Source of the DNA: Octopus bimaculoides | Lineage: Eukaryota | Direction: 5' to 3' | Assembly: GCF_001194135.2 (NCBI RefSeq) | Contig: NC_068985.1 | Coordinates: 73,541,406-73,605,405 of the forward strand | DNA length: 64,000 nucleotides | Shown: piece after piece, positions 52,252 to 64,000 of the stretch | Numbering within the stretch: the first letter of the stretch is position 1 | Layout: each line of letters begins with the position of its first letter | The notes under the pieces: model-generated | What the model saw: the letters and a program-made list of their open reading frames with translations, nothing else | Database searches by the model: none | What the model was told of the DNA's origin: nothing | Position numbers and translations under genes: made by a program

Positions 52252-52710
52252 CATTGTCCAGTGGGAGGGAGTGTGTGGGTGTGTTTTTGCGTGTGTGCGT
52301 GTGTGTCTGCATGTGTGCGTGTGTGCGTGTGTGCGTGCGTGTGTGTGTGCCTGTGTATTTGAAAGGAGTGTCAATGAGAAAGAGAAAGAAAGAAGAAAAT
52401 TGTGTTTACAGCTGGTCAGTTCTTTCAATGAGAAGTTTATTCTTGGCCTTAAAAAAAAAAAAGAAATGGCAAAACCAGGTGGCATTGTTTGGAAGAAAGT
52501 TGTTTTTCAAAAAAAATATTTTTGGCATCATTGTCCAGTGGGAGAGAGTGTGTGGGTGTGTTTGTGTGTGTGTGTGTATGTGTGTGTGTGCTGGCGTGCG
52601 CGTGTATGTGCCTGTGTATGTGAAAGGAGTCTCAATGGAAAAGAGAAGGGAAGGAAGGAAGGAAGAGGAAGGTATTGTGTTTACATCTATACAGCTGGTT
52701 AGTTCAAAAA
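52252..52710. repeat. Tandem duplication with a period of about 277 bp
   Basis: cattgtccagtgggag(g/a)gagtgtgtgggtgtgttt...gaaaggagt(g/c)tcaatg...ttgtgtttaca starts at 52252 and at 52529. Confidence 0.85.
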
Positions 52711-52854
52711 AGGTAGGAGAGAAATATGAGAACCTAGGTAACTGTGTTCAATTCTAGTTCGAACGAAAATGTTCAACTATCTGCGTTTCTTGCCATTTTT
52801 AGGCTCTGTTGTTCCAAAGTTGAAGAACCTAGATGGGTTGTGATTTTCATGTTT

Positions 52855-53610
52855 TCAGCCATTCATTTTCGTTGAAAATTTTGTTATGAAGTATTTCTCC
52901 ATATTTCTCCCGAATGATGTGTCGTTTCTTGAGCATTTATAGAAGGGAAAGATCTTAAATTTTCCTTCTCCACATGCTTCTAGGTGTTCACTCAGTGGAA
53001 TTTTCCGTAGTACCTCCTGTCGGTGAATTCTTGCTCGTTGGCATAAAGAATTTCCAGTTTCGCCTATATAATTCTCCTTGCATGTGGGGCAGGTTATGCA
53101 GCATATTACGTTCCGCGTCTTGCAGTTCATGTCTGCATTTACTTTGAAAGTGTGACCACTCTTAAATTTTATTTATTTGTTCCACTCTATATATTTGTAG
53201 ATGGGGTTGCTGCAGGTTCCACATCTACCATCTCCACACTCTTTTACGTAGAATTCGGTTTTATTCTCTGCTGAGAATTTTGCTCTTGTTAGGTGTTTCT
53301 TTAAGTTTTTCTCTTGGTGTTTACTGTTTTTATGCAATATTTGTTTAGTAGGTTTCCCATTTTGGGGCTTCGTAGGTTTGAGTGTATAATGCGAAACATG
53401 TTGGTGATTGTAGTGTTGCGTGTGTCTATGAAAGGGATGATGTTTTCTTTGTTTTTCTTTTTTGGAGTTCTGAGTTGTGTGATGTCCAGTTTTATTGCTC
53501 TTGCGATTCCGTTTTCTATTGAGGTGAGTGGTTATTTTTGTTCTAGTAGAGGGTTTTTAAGTTCATCTAGTCTTCTTTGGCGTGTCTGTGAGTCGGTCAC
53601 TATGCTGCAT
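52855..53610 (-). mobile_element. Penelope-like element of a third lineage (Neptune-like linker and GIY-YIG)
   Basis: RRLDELK...KNLKKHLTRAKF...CGDGRCGTC...MNCKTRNVICCITCPTCKENYIGETG..L..R..H...EKYFI. Confidence 0.85.
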
Positions 53611-54008
53611 ATATGTAGGTAAAAATATATGTAAGTAAACCGATAGATAAACAGATAGATAGGTACATAGGTAATACGGACAGACAATCACACACACATA
53701 CATACATAAATAAATACTGAAACCTGAAGCACATGACTATATATACACAAGCACAATATACGCATACACGAGGACACATATGGAGACACACATCCTTACA
53801 TGACAGACGCACGTGTATAGTCACAGAAACCTGTACACAAGGACACGCTCAAGCGTGCATACACAAGGACACAGAGGTACACATTCAAATATACATATAC
53901 GTACGCACACACATACACAAACACATGAACCTGCAGAATACATCCGTATATACATACCAAAGTACACACATGCACACACTCACATACATACATATATATA
54001 TATATAAA

Positions 54009-54050
<42 letters not shown>

Positions 54051-54689
54051 TATATGTGTGTATGTGCATATATATATATATATGTATATATATAAACGTC
54101 TGTTAGTATGCATTTATGCATATATATATATGGCGTGCGTGTGTATAGATATATGTATGTACGTATGTATGTATATAGTGTTCCGGGTTTATGATTTTTA
54201 GTTCTATATCTGTGTGTGTCTCTCTCTATATACGTACGTGTGACAATATGTATGTATATTAATATGTGGGTGCTGATGTGTATTGAAGGTTACTAATGTT
54301 TTGGCGCCAACTGGAAGATTTGCTTATAAATATGCAGTTATTAGTTCTTTGAAAATGTTATTTTCTCTGACCTCTGCCCAGTTTAAATACATTGAATCCC
54401 ATTAACTTTCGTTTGTTCTTCATATCTCTCACTCAGTCGGACCATGCGAAAGAAGGCGGTCAGAGAGAATTTTCGTCTACACAAGTTTAAAACCACCCAA
54501 GGAAAAAAGATGATGATTATCATGAGCGAATAGATGTAATCGATCTAATCACCATTAAAGAAATACTACTGAAATAGCTGTAGTGAACCTTTAAAATCCA
54601 TTTGTGTTCCTACTTTATATAAATTTCATACCTGGAACTATCCCTATGTTGAATCTATAACTTCCATTCGATCGTGAACTTACGTGTGC

Positions 54690-54720
<31 letters not shown>

Positions 54721-54729
54721 TATAAATAA

Positions 54730-54781
<52 letters not shown>

Positions 54782-54783
<2 letters not shown>

Positions 54784-56030
54784 TAAATGAAATGCGGGAG
54801 GTGGAATATACGAGAATTTATTATTAATTACGACAATTGTTTCGACATAGCTATCATAAATCCCTTATGGATGGGACGGTTAACCGGTTCAGGAGCATCC
54901 ATCGGTGCAGATGTGTGTTATCGTGTGATAAATCGACACATGTATCTCATCGTGTGATAAATAGAACACGCAGTACAGCGAGAAAAGTATTAAAAATAAC
55001 CGTTAAAAATATGGTTATATAAATGCCCTCGCACCGGCTGCATGGCACGTGTATACATGCTCATACAAGCATCCGCAAAAATGTGAGCATACGCACACTT
55101 GTGGCTTGGTGCACTCACGATCACAAAGCGAGTTAAATAGCTACTTGGTGTTTATAAGAATGGGGAGGTTAAAGCAAAACTTAATTCATTCCTACCTTAA
55201 AGTAAATTATGTGAACAATTACTCAAATTCATTCTCACTATATTGAGCAAAAGTACATTTATATGCGTGTAGGCATCTTGAGTGTCTTTCAGAAATTCTA
55301 TTGTCGTTCTTCTTATTATTCCACAGAATAGACAAAGATTCCTCGAAGCAGAGCAGATTCCTGTAAATGATATTGTATAGTTTCGTGTGCTTTACTATGG
55401 ACAAAATTATGTTGCATTTAATTTTATCCTCCTACAGTCGCCATACATAATCGGCGAAACATGTTGAATGGCTTTTACTCATTCTCTTAAAGATGGCGAC
55501 ATGGTTACGATAACGATCTTTAAATGAATCAGCCGTCTGCCCAAATTAAACATACGGCCATCCACTTGTGTGCACGGTACATTTATATACAAGATATGTA
55601 CTTATAGTGAGGATCATCAATGGGCATTTAGACTTTTCTTTGCATGAGCATTTATCATATCAATGTCTATATATAGCAGTGCCAATGTTGTTACCGTGTT
55701 AGCTGTATCATAAGCATTTCTACTATTACAATTTGACCCTAATTGGTGCTTTTCAATACGGTTTACAGCTCCTTTCTTGCTATTTAGATGCGTATGTTCG
55801 CTAGATCCAGCAGGTGGGCTATTGGAACTGTGTCGCATTTTACTATTGTTTATGTGGTGCATAAGCTGCTCAAAATTAGCATTGTTAGCGTAAGGATACC
55901 TTGACGGTGTGCCGATTAAAAATATCATGATTACATTTTAGAAAACATGTGTCCAAAGTCACACAAAACTTTCCAGCGATCTTGGTTGAAACATGCGAGC
56001 GGAAAATCAGGTTGAACCAGAGGACATCCT
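54782..56030 (-). mobile_element. Decayed Penelope-like element of the same lineage as 50440-51420; 3' end abuts (TA)n
   Basis: Frameshifted VLWFNL..SHVSTKIAGKF...IFNRHTVKVS, CSCKEKSKCPL...LVYKCTV...GQTADSFKDRYRNH...ADYVWRL. This explains ORFs 55617..55928 and 55219..55404. Confidence 0.8.
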
Positions 56031-56686
56031 AATTCCTATATTTGTTGTTAGGCATATTTGATCGATTGGGTTGTACAGGATTGGAGCAATTTACAGTGTA
56101 TGTACGTATGTATGTATGTATGTATGTATGTATGTATGCATGTATGTATGTGTGTGTGTCTATTTGTATATATACACGTATATTATGTTGCAGATTTGGA
56201 TATTTGTGTCTTCTGCGTTCTTGTGGCACTCCACGCTTTTCTGGTGTCTTAGACATTAAAATATCTAGATTTTAACTAACCCTACAACTGATTCTATATA
56301 CATACATAATACGCACATACGAACACGCACGCACGCGCACAACACATTATATATACACATATACATATACATATATATATATATAAATGTATACGTAAAT
56401 GTTTGTGTATAAACTTGTGCGTACAAATACATACATAGACTCAATCGCAGACTCACATACAAACACACACACTCGCACATAAATATATATATTTAGAAAA
56501 ATGCACATAGCCACAATTTTCGAAACTAGTTAAATGTAATACAGTACTCAAAATCTTTGTCAGAATCTCCGCATAAATTGAGTCGGGACAGACTAGATTG
56601 TATTGGCGTCGAGTAGTATAATGTATGGTAATGAGGACAAATCAAATGATAATATTTAGAATTAAATGATTTCAAAATATTATCAT

Positions 56687-56728
<42 letters not shown>

Positions 56729-57299
56729 CACATGCACACACAGTCACAGACACACACACATATATATATATGTAGGTATACGTATAGATATGTATATATA
56801 CATATACATAAATATATACATACACGCACGCTCATATACATATACATATATATGTATGTATGTATGTATGTATTTGTATATGCATATAATGTATATATAC
56901 ATACGTACATGTAAACTTTAAGATGCATGGGTGGTTGAATAACTAAAAAAAGTTTTCCTAAATCATATTTATCCATTTCGTATGATTAGATATCTTTGAA
57001 TAATATTCCACTAGACTCCCCACAATATGTAATGCAGCAAAGAAACGATAATTCAAACAATTGATCGATCACCCTATTATTATATTATCTTCATATATTC
57101 CTACTAATATACGACTAACTTCATGTATATGTGGTTGTGTACGTATTGTATACACCCAACGCACACATACACAAGATGTTCTGTATAAATTTTACGAGTT
57201 TTTGTCTCCTTGTTTCAAGAACAGATTGATGTATTGGTTAGGAATCAACGGCCCCGGATAGCATAAAGATTAATTTTGTAGCTTAGAAAATGTTTGTTG

Positions 57300-57780
57300 A
57301 CATAGAATGATGGAAGTCATTGGCATATTACAAAAGTGTTACCTGTATCATGATGAATCGCACCGAGTATTAAAATACCGATATTATGAATGCTGCTCAG
57401 TGATCTGTGAACACTTTAAAGACTGTAATACATTAAGATGTACAGCTGCAACCGAGACAATGAAGCTGTGCCCAGCATGTAGGAACACAAGAGGCGTTCT
57501 TCTACACATCTTGGAACAGAGCATAAGGATAAATTCATACGTGTATGCGAAGCTGCAGGCGAATTTAATCAATCCCTGACTGAAGAGAGTTACTGCTTGA
57601 AGGCTATATGTGTGGCAGCATCATTAGGCTCCTTGTTGCCAAACCGCCGGTAACAGAAGATGTTTTGTTGGAGATTTACTACGATTTCACAATCTAGTTT
57701 CTGGCTTCCTAATTCCTCCGATCGCAATCTCATGGACTTCTATAAGTGGGGCACGGTTGCCCTTTCTGCAACGCCGACGT
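57300..57780 (+). mobile_element. Second decayed DD37D (maT)-type transposase fragment
   Basis: HILEQSIRINS...LKRVTA*RLYVWQHH*APC...FWLPNSSDRNLMDFYKWG, homologous to the element at 4.8-6.0 kb. The boundaries and DD spacing are not measurable. Confidence 0.7.
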
Positions 57781-57968
57781 CTTGCCCGTGGGAAGAATCC
57801 AACACCCCACCCAGCCACACGCACACAGAGAGTCAGATGACTAAAACAATTAGAAGATATAGAAGAATAAAAGAATATATATATATATATATATATANNN
57901 NNNNNNNNNNNNNNNNNNNNNNNNNNNNNNNNNNNNNNNNNTATCAAAGCTCTGATAAATAGGTGTCC

Positions 57969-58495
57969 GGACGAGTGCTATCAAATCAAAACTACAATAC
58001 ATATCAATTCTTCATTTATTCTTCTTCCAAATAATCCCCCTTGAATCCATTCACTTTATCCAGCGTTGTTTCCATTGTTGGAAGTATTCCTGAAACTCCT
58101 TTTGGGAAAGCAGGCAGCTCCTTGGTTACACTTGCTGGCATTTCCACGATGCATTTAAATCATTTTATGGTCTTCTAATGCGAAGACAAAGCTTTGGTTC
58201 AGTGTCATATCCATAGACCAACCGTTTGTCACTTCTTACGGACATTTTCAAACACTTTTCCCCTCCTCGACACAATCGAGGAGATCCTGCGCAGCTGGAA
58301 CCTGATCCCATTTTTGAGACGACAACCCTATAAACACTTTTCTGCCAAGCATTGCTATAAACAACAGAAGTAAGCGAGAATGTTATAACTTTGTGTACAT
58401 ACGTGACAGACTTCATGGTTAGTCAGTGCCAAGCGGCTTCGCTCTGCGTTCTTTAGCTTCGTTACTATAGCAGCATACTTTTTGAACACATCTCG
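57969..58495 (-). mobile_element. Internally deleted mariner-type element
   Basis: Right end (TA)cgagatgtgttcaaaaagta. SDKRLVYGYDTEPK (the GDETWVYGYDPETK region) is joined almost directly to EFQEYFQQWKQRWIK. Confidence 0.75.
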
Positions 58496-59275
58496 TATAT
58501 ATATACTGTACTGCTTGTTTTGTCTTTGGGATTACAAAAATGTATACAAATTTAATAGACCAGACATTGTCTGCCCAAGAGGAAGAATATTGAATGTGAT
58601 ATTACATATCAGATTCAATATATGTTATTATATAATATATTGTATAATAATATAAATATCAGACATCGACCTGTTGTTTTAGTTCACTTTCTGATAAGCA
58701 CTACTAAATCTTCGTAAAGTATCATCATCATCACAGTCTTGTTCTTGTTCTTGTTCTTTTTCTTCTTCTTCTTCTTCTTCTTCTTCTTCTTCTTCTTCTT
58801 CTTCTTCTTCTTCTTCTTCTTCTTCTTCTTCTTCTTCTTCTTCGTTTCTTCTTCTCCTCCTCCTCCTCCTCCTCCTCCTCCTTCTTCTTCTTCTTCTTCT
58901 TCCGCGGTTACATTTTACCTGCACCCCGCATAGTCTCTGTAACTCAATTACTAGCTCCTGCTACTGTGCAATTTTCTATATATACCTTTCATATTGGCTT
59001 TCTTATCATCATCATTATTATTAATATTATTATAGTTATTTTTTTGTTGTTGTTGTTGGTGGTGTTATTGTTTTTGTTCACTTAGAACATACGTCATCTC
59101 GGTATTATTTTATTATTGTAACTTCTACTTTGCATATATGTAGATGACTGCATGTGTGTATATATATATTTGAATAAGTACGGTGAGGTTTTCCTCTATT
59201 TAATTATGCCCGCTCTGTCTTTCTCACTTTCGCCCTTTATCTCTCTCTCTTATATATATGTATACACACACACAC

Positions 59276-59326
<51 letters not shown>

Positions 59327-59882
59327 NNNNNNNNNNNNNNNNNNNNNNNNNNNNNNNNNNNNNNNNNNNNNNNNNNNNNNNNNNNNNNNNNNNNNNNNNN
59401 NNNNNNNNNNNNNNNNNNNNNNNNNNNNNNNNNNNNNNNNNNNNNNNNNNNNNNNNNNNNNNNNNNNNNNNNNNNNNNNNNNNNNNNNNNNNNNNNNNNN
59501 NNNNNNNNNNNNNNNNNNNNNNNNNNNNNNNNNNNNNNNNNNNNNNNNNNNNNNNNNNNNNNNNNNNNNNNNNNNNNNNNNNNNNNNNNNNNNNNNNNNN
59601 NNNNNNNNNNNNNNNNNNNNNNNNNNNNNNNNNNNNNNNNNNNNNNNNNNNNNNNNNNNNNNNNNNNNNNNNNNNNNNNNNNNNNNNNNNNNNNNNNNNN
59701 NNNNNNNNNNNNNNNNNNNNNNNNNNNNNNNNNNNNNNNNNNNNNNNNNNNNNNNNNNNNNNNNNNNNNNNNNNNNNNNNNNNNNNNNNNNNNNNNNNNN
59801 NNNNNNNNNNNNNNNNNNNNNNNNNNNNNNNNNNNNNNNNNNNNNNNNNNNNNNNNNNNNNNNNNNNATATATATATATATA

Positions 59883-60260
59883 GTTGGCACTCCGTCGCTT
59901 ACGACGACGAGTGTTCCAGTTGATCTGATCAACAGAACAGTCTGCTGGTGAATTTATCGTGCAAGTGGTTGAGCACTCCACAGACACGTGTATCCTTACC
60001 GTAGTTCTCGAAGATATTCAGCTTGACACAGTGTGACAAGGTTGGCCCTTTGAATTACAGGCACAACCAAAACAGGAAGTAAGAGAAGAGAAAGTTGTGG
60101 TGAAAGAGTACAGCAGGTTTCTCCACCATCCCCTGCCGGAGCCTCGTGGTGCTTTAGGTGTTGCGCTCAATAAACACTGACAACGCCCGGTCTGGGAATC
60201 GAAACCGCGATCCTATGACCGCGAGTCCGCTGCCATAGCCACTAGCCCATTGCGACTCCA
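59883..60260 (-). mobile_element. Full-length tRNA-derived SINE, family C
   Basis: Head gagtcgcaatgggctagtggctatggcagcggactcgcggtcataggatcgcggtttcgattccc has A/B-box-like motifs. The tail cgtcgtcgtaagcgacggagtgccaac runs into (TA)n. Confidence 0.85.
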
Positions 60261-61779
60261 CACACACACACACTCAGACACACACACACACGCACGCACA
60301 CACACACATACACACACACACATACACACACACATATATGCATATATACACAAATATATAGATAGAGCGATTAATAGAGAAAGAGAGATTGCCCGTGTAA
60401 GAAAGAGAGAAGAGAGAGTAAGGTTTGATATGTTACCGAAATATAAAAGCAGCTAAATAACTTTCTATCTATGTACACATGCGGACGCACATATATACTG
60501 TTATCAACGTGTATACGTACATAGGCATGCTGATGTGAATTCATATACCTATTTGTTCATGTTTGTTCCCACGCAAGATCTAAAGATGTTTGACTCTAAT
60601 TTGTAAACTCCTATTCACAATTTCTTGAAGGAAATTCACTAAGATTCAATTGAAATATTCGTAAAAATTTACTCAAAATAACCCCACGATTGAGACACAA
60701 ATAATAAATAGAAAGTAGTGTTGGTTATAGTGTAGGCGTGATTCTGTGGCATGCAGTAAATTTGTCTTTCTTCATCAGTTTGTTTGGATCTTCTGTTTCT
60801 ATTTTTTTCTCCAATTCTTCCTGTGTCTGATTTCTTCTTCATCTGTCCTTGATTGTCAAACACAAAACCCTCCCCCTGCGGTGTACTTTCTACTGCATCT
60901 TTCAAATATGTGAAATTTATATACTATATATATTCAAATATTGTGCTTTGAAATACTTCATTTAAAAACTTTCATTTTTTGAGATGAGTTTATGGAACTT
61001 CAGATATCACGGAAGGTAAAAAAAAATATGGTATCATATAACTGATTCACTTGTTTACGTGTTATGTTTATAAAATATTTGGGAATTATTTTCGAGAAAA
61101 CTGTCTGTTAATTGATGTACTATACGCACATGCATACATAATGAACATCAAATAACTGATAAAATAATTCTGATTTATTTTGAAAAGCTATTCTTTTAGT
61201 TCAGAAATGTCATAATTAACCCAAAACTGGATACAAACAACAAAAATATTGTTTTTCCAATCACTGATATTTTCAAGATATTTTTCGTGAAATATAATAG
61301 AAAATATAATTTTGCACGAAATAAAAAACAAAAAGAAATAATGGAATTAGGATGCAACAAGAAATTAGACGATAAAAGAAAACATTTGTACAAAGCAATT
61401 AGAATACACAGAGAAGTACAAAAACATTACAGGAAGTTGGGATGGAGGAGGCAAAGAAAGGGTAAAGAAGATTTGAACGAATATATAAAATGCACCAAAA
61501 CAAGATGTTGTTTAACATGAAAAGAACAGGATCTTGAGAGTAAAGGAATGAAACCAAAACAGTGTTTAATGGATTAAAATTAAAGGAAAACGACACACGA
61601 AGCAGAATTCCGTTGAATGTCCAATGGAAAGGAAAACAACACAGGGAAGCAGTGGTGCAATGGAAATTTAAAGAAAAATAAAATAAATGAATAATAAAAA
61701 TGAAAGAAAGAACGAAGGTAGACGTAACTCAATTTAAAATAATTATAAATTCGTACAAAAGAACGTAATATTGATTCCA

Positions 61780-61918
61780 AATTTCGGTACGGAGACAGCA
61801 ATTTCGAAGGAGTGGGTAAGTTTATTGTACTGACTTATTTTATCGACGCCGAACTTTGAGCTCAGACCGTGAAGACCGTGGCCAATGTACATACAATTCT
61901 GCCAGCTCGCCGCCTTAA
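61780..61918 (-). mobile_element. SINE family A, internally deleted
   Basis: acttattttatcgacgccg...ctcagaccgtgaagac...ttctgccagctcgccgcctt. Confidence 0.7.
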
Positions 61919-61996
61919 AGTTATGTAATTTTCAAGTATATTACATACTATATGTATTTCCCTATGAATGCATAAATGTATGCACACACACACACA

Positions 61997-62036
<40 letters not shown>

Positions 62037-62066
62037 TATGCACATTTGTTTACATATGTATGCAAA

Positions 62067-62097
<31 letters not shown>

Positions 62098-62442
62098 AGT
62101 TGAAAACGAGTTAAGAATCCATATAAATGAAAAGTTATAGGTAAAATGTTAAAGTGGAAACAGGAAGGAAGTGTGTTTAAAGATGTTTTAAACTTTTGTT
62201 TTCTTCAATCGGACAGGATAAGTATTTTTATATTATATTACATTATAGTATATCATATTACAATATATATNNNNNNNNNNNNNNNNNNNNNNNNNNNNNN
62301 NNNNNNNNNNNNNNNNNNNNNNNNNNNNNNNNNNNNNNNNNNNNNNNNNNNNNNNNNNNNNNNNNNNNNNNNNNNNNNNNNNNNNNNNNNNNNNNNNNNN
62401 NNNNNNNNNNNNNNNNNNNNNNNNNNNNNNNNNNNNNNNNNN

Positions 62443-62476
<34 letters not shown>

Positions 62477-63125
62477 GCAAACGATTCTATTTCAGCAACA
62501 TTTTAATTTTCGGAGGGAATAAATGTTTACCTTGACTGATTATTCAGGCGTTGCTCCTGAGACATTCAATGATCTGTAAATAGAAAAAAGAAAAAAAAAA
62601 ATTACATCGTCTTAAAGATTTGAAATCGCGATTGGGAAGTTGAATTTAAATTCGCAATTGCATTCCATATTTAAAATATTACGGGGCATTTGGTTGGTTA
62701 TTCCTAAAGTATGTGAATTGTTAGGTCACATAGAGGTACATACACACGTACATACATACATGCATGAATACATGCATACATTCATACATACATACGCACA
62801 AACATATATATTAATAACAATAATCCTTAGATGGAATTTATAAACATTCAATGCATCGCTACGCGCGTTTCCACAAAACACGTGTCTTTTAAGATTACAG
62901 TACGTATTCCTGAGATTACCAAATCGCAGCCCGTAGTATCCGTGGGTATGTGGTTGAACATCTTTATGGATTCATTTCTTCAGTGATAGGTTTATCCCTT
63001 TTCACCAGTATGAAGGTTAACTTGCTTAACCTACGACGCACCTATTTCATATATATATATATATATATATATTCTGGCTTTAGACTAATTGATCACTCTA
63101 TTCTGATTTGGCCCTGTCATCTGTT

Positions 63126-63156
<31 letters not shown>

Positions 63157-63948
63157 GTCTGAGGAGAGTTATTCCCTTTTAGTGCCTTATTATTTAACAC
63201 GCTCACCGGTTCGATATCCACTCATTTACTTATATATATTTTCTAAAATGTTCGTTGCCACTTGCAACCTTTTCAATAGTCGCTGATTTCGTCCGTTATC
63301 AGAGCAGCGTTCGTTTTGTTTGCTTGTTTGTGCGCCTGTATGTGCGTCAGTGTGCATGTCTATACACATATGTAAGTATGCATGTATGTGTGCATGTGTA
63401 TATATCCATATATATATATATGTATGTATGTGTGTATGTTTGGGCATATGTATGTAATCGCTGCATTCATGTGTTTGTGTGTTAATGTTTGTGTGTTTGT
63501 ATGTGTGTGTATCTTACACACCATGCAGGTATCATTGATGCATGTGGTATTCTCAAAGGGGTGCGTCGTACATAGTTATGATCTGATAGAAATACCCAGA
63601 AATTAACCAGTACCAGAAATTAAAGAGCATCCTACTACATGGACTGAAAAACACCACTACACCATACGAAAGAGAGAGATTCATAACAAACATCCAACAC
63701 GAATACCACCGAGTGAGTTAACCATCCCTGTAACAAACACTTTAACAACAAACTAAAGTGGAAGAAGCAGCAACAACAACGATCTCAGCATGGTAAGAAT
63801 TATCACAGATACACAATCAATATCGACGGGATGGTCATGTGAGAATGTAAGCTACCAGAGGACATCGGCGCCAGGACACCGAAAAATAATACCATATATT
63901 AATAACAATGCTCAGAAATATTATATTTCTTCCATATATGTTTTGGTG

Positions 63949-64000
<52 letters not shown>

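Noticed and set aside
54825-54870. GAAACAAUUGUC hammerhead-like half at the PLE 3' end (similar remnants near 52790, 62975 and 63295)
   Set aside because: The CUGANGA core or stem I is missing, so these are at most decayed remnants.
55617-55928. 103-aa ORF that looks like a host exon
   Set aside because: The flanking frames show it is the linker region of a frameshifted PLE.

Overview
AT-rich eukaryotic DNA from a gapped draft assembly. N-runs sit inside microsatellites, so every long ORF-track entry containing X is an artefact. The tRNA-derived SINE families and the microsatellite load resemble an octopus (coleoid cephalopod) genome; this is my recognition, not a database result. The window is mostly mobile-element remains. 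It holds at least six Penelope-like retroelement (PLE) pieces from at least three lineages, several with hammerhead-ribozyme-like cores at their 3' ends and several bounded by (TA)n. It also holds two R4/Dong-type RLE retrotransposons beside (TAA)n arrays, a CR1-type LINE, an L2/Jockey-group fragment, two DD37D (maT)-type and one mariner-type transposase relic, a hAT MITE with a target-site duplication, and about 20 SINE copies of three families. No host gene could be named. Several plus-strand segments have strong splice signals and compatible phases (894-14766, 31.7-32.1 kb) and are reported as low-confidence candidate exons. The most notable structures are the PLE hammerhead candidates, a PLE nested in the microsatellite of a SINE, a PLE with an internal inversion carrying a perfect 55-bp inverted duplication, and head-to-head SINE pairs that could form ADAR substrates. 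There is no CRISPR array, rRNA or operon-like system, and I see no clear evidence of a wholly new biological system.
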